In this document: in pieces, positions 54,336-64,000 of the stretch | Layout of the letters: each line of letters opens with the position of its first letter | How positions within the stretch are numbered: the stretch's first letter is position 1 | From: Octopus sinensis | Taxonomy: Eukaryota | Reading direction: 5' to 3' | Assembly (NCBI RefSeq): GCF_006345805.1 | Contig: NC_043005.1 | Coordinates: forward strand, 83,700,001-83,764,000 | Length of the DNA: 64,000 nucleotides | Translations under genes and position numbers: made by a program | Notes under the pieces: model-generated | Database searches by the model: none | Seen by the model: only the letters and a program-made list of their open reading frames with translations | What the model was told of the DNA's origin: nothing

Positions 54336-55824
54336 CTTCTCTTGCTCTTCTCTCAGGTTGTATCTCCTTTGTGGCAGCTCACCTGTTTCCGTCTTCATTC
54401 CTGATATCTCTCTCTCTCTCTCTCTCTCTCATTCTACCCCCCTCCCTCACGGCCGGGTAATCTTGTACCTCCTCTACAGTAAGACACCAGTTTCTTTCTC
54501 ACTATAACCTTTTATCATCTGACACAAGATCACCTCCTCCAATGCCCCCTGCCCTCTCAAAACTTGATGACCCTGTCAGTGCCACTTAAAACGCATCCAG
54601 TCCACACTGTAAAGTATTTGGCATTTGGAAGGGCATCCAGCTGTAAAAACCTTGCTAAAACTGACTTCGCCTGTGCTTGTGTCATGTAAAAAGCACTAAG
54701 TCCACTCTACTGAGTGGTTGGTTTTAGGAAGGACGTCCAGCTGTAAAAATCCCAACAAAACAGTCAGAGAAATCTGATGCAGGCTTCTGCCTGGACAGTG
54801 CCTGCCAAACCGTCTCACCCATGCCAGCATGGAAGGTGGATGTTACATGATCGTGATGATTTTTTTAGTAATATTTAGCAGAAACCAAAGAGTGACGCAA
54901 AGGCTGGAAATTTCATGCATTCGCACTTACCAAACATTTGGTAAGGGCCAACAGGCGAAACTCTCGGCTCTTGAGTCACTCGGTTGTTTCTGCTTGCTTC
55001 TAAATACTAATGTGTGTGTGTGTGTGTGTGTTGAAAAATTAAAATGAAAATGCATAGTGAGCTTTAACATGGAAAAAAGCAAAGAAAATATGAAGTGATT
55101 TCAGTCATTTATGACGACCCTTTCATACTGGGATAAAATGGAAAGGAAAATTGAAATACATGGAATTTAGCTTTCAGAATGCCCCAACCTGACCACCACC
55201 ACCAATTGGCAGCAAGCTGAAGGACACAAAATACAGCACCGCGTAGTTTTTTTTACTAATAAAAAGATATGGACTTCCAGAACTGATATTCTGAAAGTTT
55301 AATGTATTTCGAATTTTGATGATTAAAAGGGCGTCTATATACTTCTGTCATGTCTGTGTATAAGTAATTTTAAAATATATACATAGATACATGTACATAG
55401 ACGTATGCATTGATACATATATATAGATACATATCCATAGATACATATACATGCTGGAACAAGTGCATTAAACAAAAAAATATTACAAATAAAATGCATC
55501 CAACCGTTACAAAATACATTGATTTTACATATTCATTTACACAACCACAACACACACCACACACCCCAAACACAGCTTTTTCTTATCCGTTCCCTTTCTC
55601 ACTCTCATAAAACACCCAATCCCAAATTCAAGCCATTCACTCACATTCCTCCCTTTCTCCCCATACCACCACTTACACTCCCACAGGCACTCTCACTTGC
55701 ACACCTGATACATATATTACGAACGTATATATGAAAGGTGATACAGATACTCACAAACAGAGACAGACACATTTAGAAATTGCTTGAAGCAGACGACACA
55801 TTTGTTCTGATAGGTTTGTTTACC

Positions 55825-55967
55825 ATGGACTACGAAGAAGTGATTGGGACAATTGGAGGATGTGGACTTTATCAGAAACTGATGCTAGCTTTCCTCTTCT
55901 CTTCAACCATTATGGATGGTTTACAAATTGGAAGCATGATATTTATTGTACCTGATTTAGATTACAG
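55825..55967 (+). CDS. SLC22-family organic cation transporter, first coding exon (MDYEEVIGTIGGCGLYQKLMLAFLFSSTIMDGLQIGSMIFIVPDLDYR)
   Basis: Kozak-like accATGG. Typical SLC22 start (MDxEE...G.xG.YQ, TM1, P.xxR[C]). Strong AG|gtaagt donor. Downstream exons were not found in the window. Confidence 0.85.
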
Positions 55968-56497
55968 GTAAGTCTATAATAATGATTTCTTCGTATTATT
56001 ATTTATTCCAGGTGGGTCGTTAAAATGGTGGCGCTTCAACCACAAATTCCTTGAAACAATTTTTCTTTTGTTGTTTGGGGTCAAAAACCTTTCTCACTTC
56101 CCGCCCCTACCATGAGTTTACTATACCTGAAAACTTTACACTTGAATTTATCAGCCTTTTAAGATCATCCCTGCATATTCTCTACCCATAATTCCTAGAA
56201 GGGTCATGGGGGTAGAGTCCTCAGGTACCCCCCCCCCGATAGAGTCCTATCAGAAGCAACTTCCTAAATCTCCTTCCCAGACACCTAGTTATAGACTTGA
56301 AGAGGGAGGCTCAACAAGGAGATTCCCCTACAATTAGAGCCCTCTCTTTTGCCTCCCTTTTTGAAAATTCCTTCAGACACCAATCAATATATTACTAAGG
56401 ATGTAGTGTCATTGATTTAATCAAGGGTACTCTCATCCTTCACTCCAGAAATTCTTTTTGGTTACATATTACTTAAAGCTGCCTTCTTTACTTTATA

Positions 56498-56597
56498 NNN
56501 NNNNNNNNNNNNNNNNNNNNNNNNNNNNNNNNNNNNNNNNNNNNNNNNNNNNNNNNNNNNNNNNNNNNNNNNNNNNNNNNNNNNNNNNNNNNNNNNN
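56498..56597. other. Assembly gap (100 N)
   Basis: Run of N in the first intron of the SLC22 gene. Confidence 1.
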
Positions 56598-56651
56598 TCA
56601 CGAAAGTATGGGGGTAAAAACATTAAAAAATCACAAATGCAAAGGTTATTT

Positions 56652-56701
56652 GAGAACGTACGTTTCTAGATTAGTCAAATCGACATTTCTTTCGGCAGCT
56701 C
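56652..56701 (-). ncRNA. Hammerhead-like motif inside an inverted repeat
   Basis: GAG-CTGCCGA-AAGA...TCTA-GAAAC-GTAC-GTT-CTC, lying between inverted arms 56598-56633 and 56784-56819. Confidence 0.45.
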
Positions 56702-57051
56702 AGAACTCCTTGATTCGGATTTGGGAACACTGAAAGTGGGAGCATACCCTTTTGGCTTCTTATCACTTTGAATTTGCTAGCACTGATTTTTTAATGTTTT
56801 TACCCCCATACTTTCGTGAGTTGACTTGAGCAAACACTATATGAGAGAGATTTTCTTTAAGTATTAGAAATAGTTAAAAAAAATTTTTTTTAGCTGCTAT
56901 TTCTAATGAGTTCAGTATGTGGCAAAGTAATTTATTTTACTAAGCCCTTTTATATAATGTAATAATTTGAATTCGCCTTAAATGGTCCCTTTACATACTG
57001 AATACTTGGTAAAATTGATTAATAATTAATTAATTTTACCCTCAATTGTTG

Positions 57052-57094
<43 letters not shown>

Positions 57095-57892
57095 ATATAC
57101 ATACATATATATATGGTAGTTTCCGTCTACCAAACTCACTCAGAAGGCTTTGGCCGGCACAAAGCTATAGTAGAAAACACTTACCACTTGCCCAAGGTGT
57201 CACACGATGGGACTGAACCGAGAACCGTGAGGTTAGGAAACAAACTTCATACTAAATAAGTAAACATTTCAATGAAAACAGTCTTTCATATTCCATGATT
57301 CTGATGACACTGTGGTAATACACTTGCTGTCCAAGGTGACACGCAGTGGGACTAAACCCAGAAGCACGTGGTTGAGAAGCAAGCTTCTTACCACACAGCC
57401 ACGCCTGCGTAGTGGCCTTTGTCCCCCTTTTTGTTCTGAATTGAAACTCCACAGAGGTTGTCTTTTGCATTTAATGAGTTTCTTGATATCTGATGACACT
57501 GTGGCGATACAATCCAGGTGGGAGACAAAATTTGGCTTTTGACATCCATGATGAAGTAATCTTTGGTTTTCATCCCTCTTGGCTTGATAAAGTACCTTTC
57601 AAGCATTAGGGTTGGTGTAACTGACAGTACCCCTCCCCTCAAAAAATATATATGCATGTCTCTGTGTCTGTGTTTGTGTCCTACAGTCACTAGTCAACTG
57701 GTGTTTGTATGTTTACATCCTTGTATCTTAGCGGTTCAGCAAAAGGAACTGATAGAATAAGTACCAGGCTTAAAACAAAAGACTGTAAATACCAGGATTG
57801 GTTCATTCCACTAAAAAAATCCAAGGTGGTGCCCCAGCATGGTCAGCATCCGATGAGTGAAACAAGGAAAGAAATAAAAGAGAAATTATATC

Positions 57893-58037
57893 AATGAAAT
57901 CTGGAAGCTAAAGGATAATCCCAGGATTAATTCAAAGCAATGTGAATAAATCTGGAAGCTACAGGATTAATTCATAGCAGTGTGAATAAATCTGGAAGCT
58001 AAAGGATAATCCCAGGATTAATTCAAAGCAATTTGAA
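57893..58037 (+). repeat. Minisatellite, about 3 units of 41-51 bp
   Basis: aaatctggaagctaaaggataatcccaggattaattcaaagcaatgtgaat repeated. Confidence 0.9.
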
Positions 58038-60062
58038 TGTATCTGCATTAGATTTGAGAGAGTAATCTGAATCGACCCCAGGACTTATTCTTTGTAAGAC
58101 TAGTACTTATTCTATCGGTAAACACACCAGCACTGGTTGTCAAGCGATGAGGGGGGGGGACAAACACCGACACGCAAATACATGCATACATACATACATA
58201 CATACATATATACGACGGGATTCTTTCAGTTTCCGTCTACCAAATCAAATCCACTCGCAAGGCTTTGGTCGGCCCGAGGCTATAGTAGAAGACACTTTCC
58301 CAAGGTGCCACGCAGTGGGATTGAACCTTGAAACATGTGGTTGGGAAGCAAGCTTCTTACCACAAGCCACTCTTGTGCCTGTATAATTGAAAAAAATTAG
58401 CGTCAACACGAAGGAATACGCCTGGACATTTTTTAAAATCACTACAAGTTCAACTCCGTAAGTGAACTTTCGGAGACAATATTTACATATCGCCTGAGGT
58501 AACACAACTAGATCTCATAATGCAGGGAAACAGTAGCATAATCAAGTACCTGCACCTCGGGAAATCTACGTTGCGTAGAAACAATTGTAGTGATTAAAAA
58601 ATAAGTGTCCAACCGTATTCCTTATGCCATGATAATCCACCATATTTACTCTATCAGACCCGAGTTAATATTTATAATGCAGTGTTTTTTTTTCTTCTAC
58701 TTATTTCAGTCATAAGACTGTGACCATGCTGGGGTACTACCTCGAAGAATCTTATGATTCTTCCCCAGTGCTTATATTAAAACTGATATCAGGTTTAATA
58801 TTCTATCGGACCCTTTTGCTGAACCGCTATATTACAAGGACTCAAACATTCCAACGCTGGTGATGCAGGACAAACACACACATAACAACACACACACACA
58901 CACATACACACACACGCATCATTAACCCCTCACTCTTCTACTCTATCTTCCTTCCTCTCACCATTCTCAGTCTTAAAACCCTCCGTAACACCACCAACTT
59001 TCCTGTTCCCGCCTCTAATACGTTTATCCATTGTTGATTGTATACATTAAGGCCTCATATTATGATGAACTACATCTACCAACATCATTAGGGATCTTCG
59101 AGATCCCAGAAACAACAGTTGGACTTATAACACCTTTCTTCCAACCCCTTTAATTTTCTCTATCAATTGTACTCAGTGTAATTTGGACCAATCAATTAAA
59201 TACATCAAATACAAAATATGTATACGTGCAAAATGAGAGAAAGCAAAAGGTGAAAGTCTTCATCATATGGATTTTTATGTATAAATGTATAGACATCTAT
59301 ATTACACAGAGTAAAAACGACAAAGAAAATTAAGGATGTGGAAAAAAAGGTGTTATAAGTCAAACAGCTGTTTCTGGGGCTTGGAGCTCCATAATAATGC
59401 TGGTAGATTTATTTCATCAAAATGTGCAGCCATAATGGATGCAATTAACATTGGTTGAGAGGGGCATCCGTCATCTGGGTAGAGATCTGAACTTGCTTGC
59501 ATTAAGATCTGGAATGTAAGTTCTTCTCAACCCTGAAGACAGAAGGTGTAATTGTATACACACGGCTAAAATTGTGATGAACTAAATCTACCAACATTAT
59601 TAGGGATCTCTGATACCCCAGAATCAGCTGTTGGACTTGTAACACCTTTCTTCCACCATTATAATTTTCTGTGTTGTTTGTACTCTGAGTAGGCTGGCCC
59701 TCTGCATATAAATATCCAGATGTAATTGTTATATCAGATGTAGCATGAGGTTAGACTGATTGAGTATATTACAAACACAAGCAAAAATCTCAAACATTTA
59801 ACTTAAGATTTATTTAATGGAAGAATGAACATGAATACATTCGTAAATACTCGCTCGCAGAGAAACTAAGATGTATGAGTTAACTCTTAACAGTGATTGC
59901 TCTGATAAAAAAGTTTGGCCTTGATTTGCTTGGCGAGAACCGGGTTGTGTTCTCTTCGAATGCCATGATATTTTTAGCGCTAAAGGGTGAGTAAGGCATC
60001 ACTGACCACCTTTTCTCTGTTGGCGAAAGACCTGCATGCTCTAGTTTCCTCGGTTATCTTAC

Positions 60063-60125
<63 letters not shown>

Positions 60126-60199
60126 TGTGTGTGTGCGTGTGTGTCTGTGTCTGTCTGTCTGTGCAACATATTTATGTTTTAAAAAAGCAGATATAACAG

Positions 60200-61175
60200 A
60201 TAATAACTTTATCAAAAAATGCAATGAGGAATAAAAATAAACCTTCTTTTCTAAAATGTTATTCAATAAGGCAACCTTCAGCGTCAACAACTGGTTCTAT
60301 ATGAGATCTAAATCATCTAGATGCTCGAATCAACTGGTCCTGGTTCATTTTGGACATTACTCTGATTATGGTATCTTTCAAAGAATCTTCGGTGTTATGG
60401 GCGTGTTCATTGACCTCTCTCTCAACAACGCTCCACATGTAATAGTCCAATGGATTGAGATCTGGGGAATGAAGAGGCCAAATGTTAAGGGTTATGTAAT
60501 CATGAAAATTTTCAGTCATCCATTCTTCTGTTACTAGAGCCATGTGTGATAGTGCAGAATCTTACTGAAACACATATAGCCTTCCATTACATACACTGTC
60601 TATCCAGAGCATAACAATTATTTCCAGGACCTCAATGTAGGAGGCAGAGTTAACTCTAAAGCCTTGTGGAAAGATATAAGGGGGAATCACATATCCTTCA
60701 TTGCTGACGACGCCTAAACCCATGACAGTTGCAGGAAATTTTGTAAGCTTAACATTTGTAGCTTCAGAAGGGTCTGCACATAACTATCTGTCATTTCTTC
60801 TCTTAACTTTTTGATCTTGGTCGAAGTTTTTCTCGTTTGAGAAAAACCAAATCAAATCTTCTGCTGCAGTTTTAAGAGCCTTTTAGATCTGATGTAGTGA
60901 CTTTCTTCTGCTTTTTCGGACAAATTTATCTTTCTCCATCATATAAGACTTATATCTGATGTCTCCGTAGGCAACATTTCTATCTGTTTCTTCTGAAACT
61001 TGGAGATCTTTCGCAATTGACCTCATGGACTTTCTGGGATTGTAAACAATGGTCTGTTGAACTTGCTGGATAAATTCAGGTGTTCTGATGATTTTAGAGC
61101 GTTTGGAACGCTTTTTATGCGTTGATCTGGCAACTTTTAAAAATCGAGAGATTTCTAAATCGCTATGCTCATGTT
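60200..61175 (-). mobile_element. Degenerate Tc1/maT-type transposase
   Basis: WFFSNEKNFDQDQKV and IWPLHSPDLNPLDYYMWSVVE, with stops and frameshifts. Confidence 0.85.
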
Positions 61176-61651
61176 TTTAAATTAATATACACACTTGAAA
61201 CAGCTTTAGATAATCTGTATAAAATAAAATAACATAAAATAAAATGTCTGAAAAACAGCTTAAATAAGTTTGGTTTAAAAGTAGAATAGAAAGATATTTC
61301 TTTCATTTTGTTTTTTCTTTCTACAGATGAAAACATGATGATGATGGTGATGACGACGAATGATAGATTGATCGAAATCTTACACATTTGTGTAACGTTT
61401 TATAAAAGTCTCCTTTAGAAATCTCAGTTTTAACCATTTTTTAAATGTATTTGAGTGGTACTCATTGTTCCTTACTTTCCTTTCGCCGTCTGAAGATTAT
61501 GAATACCACAACATCGACACGTTCGTCTTCTGGATAGAATTTCTTGATTCTAAATTCAAATATTTTTTTGGTGCTCATTCATTCACTTTGAGTTGAAGAA
61601 AGAGACAAGGCTGTAATTTGTTTTTTTACAAAATGCTACGGACAACATTGC

Positions 61652-61693
<42 letters not shown>

Positions 61694-62599
61694 GCGCGCA
61701 CGTGTGTGTTTGTGTTCTTATATCCTGTGTGGAATATAAATCGTCATCGTCATCAGTTAATGTCCATGTTTCCATGCTTAAATGGATCAGGCGGAATTTG
61801 CGGCAATAGATTTTCTACGGCCAGATGCCCTCACCCGTTTCCAAGCAAGTTCTCATAGTCAACATCTTTATTGGAAGACTGAATGGAAACATAAAACCCC
61901 TCTTATATGTTGGTGATGCTCATTTACAACCATACACGCATACACTTGCCAACCTACTTACCGACCTACCTACACACATACATACATACATACATACATA
62001 CATACATACATACATACGTACATACATACATACATACATACATACATACATACATACATACATACATACATACATACATTCATGCATACATATGTTTGTG
62101 TAAGTATGTGTGTGTATTATATATATACATATATATTCTTTTATATGCTTTAGTCATTTACTGCAGCCATACTGGAGCACCGCTTTTAGTCGAACAAATC
62201 GATCCCAGGATTTACACTTTGAAAACCTAATTCTTATTCTATCGGTATGTTTTGCCGAACCGCTAACTTATGCGAATGTAAACACATCAACATTGGTTGT
62301 CAAGCAATGATGAGGTGACAAACACAAACACACAAACATTTACACACACATATACGACGGGCTTCTTGCAGTTTCCGTCTACCAAATCCACTCACAAGGC
62401 TTTGGTTGGGCCGAGATTATAGTAGAAGACACTTGCCCAAGGTGCCAAGCAGTGGGACTGAACCCGAAACCATGTGGTTGGTAAGCAAGCTACTTACCAC
62501 ACAGCCATATCGTCAATAAATCATAAATCCGAAAGATAAGCACGCTCTGTGTTATAGAACAGGAGAAAGTTAGTTATGGCCAGTTCATAGGGTTACCCA

Positions 62600-64000
62600 G
62601 ACAGGATATTCCTTAGGCTAGTAGATAAGGCCTTTACACAATCGCATAGGTATGGACTCCTATTCAACAGACACAACGTAAGAGTCTCTTTTAGCTGCAC
62701 CCCCAGTATTAAGAATATTTTAGTTAACACCCGTAGGGCACAAGCGGTAGCAGAATGCACATACAGGGACTACAGCAGATGGTCAGTAGGAGGCCAGTGT
62801 GAAACTAAGTGGGTCGTGTACGAGGCTGAAGTGGTATCGTCATCAACATCATCATCATCATTTAATGTCTATTGTCCATGCTGGCATAGGTTGGTCCGTT
62901 TGACCAAGGCTGCTAAGTTGAGGGGCTGAACCAAACTCCTGTCTGATTTGGTATGGTTTCTATGGCTGCATGTCCTACCAAACGTCAACCACTCCAAGAG
63001 TATAACGGGTGCTTTTACGTGCCAGTGGCACGGTTGCATGGCACTAGTATCTGCCACGATTACGATTTCATTTTGCTTGATGGGTAATGATGGTGCCAGT
63101 TATGTGACGCCCATGCCATTGGCATAGGTGCCTCTTACATTACGTCAGTGAAGTACTATCTAACCCTAACAGCAGCAAAAACCCTTCCAGCGACTACGGC
63201 AGTAACAGACTCAGCAGCAGCACCATCGCTGTTATTAATAATAGCCACGGCAGCAACTAGACCAGAAATAGCAGCAGCTCGCTCGCTAATGATAATAATA
63301 ATAATAATCCTTTCTACTTTAGGTATAAGGCCTGAAACCATAAGGGATTAAGTCGATTACATCGACCCCAGTGCGTAACTGGTACTTATTTAATCGATCC
63401 CGAAAGATGAAAGGCAAAGCCGACCTCGACGGAATTTGAACTCAGAACGTAACGGCAAACGAAATACGGGTACGCATTTCGCCCGGCGTGCTAACGATTC
63501 TGCCAGGTCGCCGCATTAATGATAATGTTTATAATGATAACAAAAACAACAAGAGTAACTACAACCACTATAGCGCAGACAACGGTTCCAACAACAACGA
63601 TGGTTATAGCAACACCAACGGAGACGCGAACAATGACAACAACAGCACCAACACCAACTTCGCCACTAATGATGTCCCCTACATCAGCATTAACGACGCC
63701 AACACCAGCGCCGACAACAGCCGAAGTAACAGTGTCAACAACATCAGCAGAAGCAGCGACGGCAATAGCAGCATTCAAAAATACATCGGACGTTCCGGAA
63801 ACACCTTGAAGCAGCGACTCTCCAACCACGAGTCCTCGTTAAGGATCCCGGGAAGACGTTATGCCATGTCTTTAGCCAGCCGTGGCGCCTGAAGGACGAA
63901 GGGACTCCATAGGTATTCACAGGGAAGATCCTAGAAAAAATGGTGCCCTACATCAATGTTGTTGCAAGCTGTGCATAGCGGAACGGGCGAGAATATTAAA
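62600..64000 (+). mobile_element. Second Penelope-like element (RT thumb plus GIY-YIG), interrupted by SINEs
   Basis: LFNRHNVRVSFSCTPSIKNIL...GGQCETKWVVYEAEV (about 62660-62835), then KYIGRSGNTLKQRLSNHESSLR and CKLCIAERARIL (about 63778-64000). Confidence 0.8.

Noticed and set aside
55780-55824. N-terminal extension of the SLC22 ORF shown in the ORF track
   Set aside because: It begins at a TTG. The ATG at 55825 has good Kozak context and matches the family start.
63519-63809. Thr-rich mucin-like ORF
   Set aside because: Alternative frame of the low-complexity insert. The Asn-rich frame is the one continuous with the YIG motif, and there is no splice context.

Overview
Eukaryotic, AT-rich and microsatellite-dense genomic DNA. 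The SINE repertoire is what I recognise as typical of octopus/coleoid cephalopods (inference). There are two host genes. (1) The 5' end of an axonemal dynein heavy chain, DNAH7-like, on the minus strand: nine GT-AG exons from 32380 down to 3924 splice in frame into 375 aa, and the gene continues left of the window. (2) The first coding exon of an SLC22 organic cation transporter on the plus strand (55825-55967). The rest is decayed mobile DNA: Tc1/mariner relics, piggyBac- and hAT-type MITEs, a Helentron-like element, Penelope-like elements (RT plus GIY-YIG), LINE fragments and at least four SINE families. The most notable signals are: about 11 different minimal hammerhead-ribozyme-like motifs, many inside fold-back inverted repeats; a gag-only, TSD-flanked retroelement with terminal direct repeats whose 3' tail is shared with a SINE; four repeats in DNAH7 intron 1, three of which read as ATG plus an in-phase splice donor; and a GIY-YIG domain split by a long Asn/Ser-rich insert. 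All calls were made by eye with no database searches.
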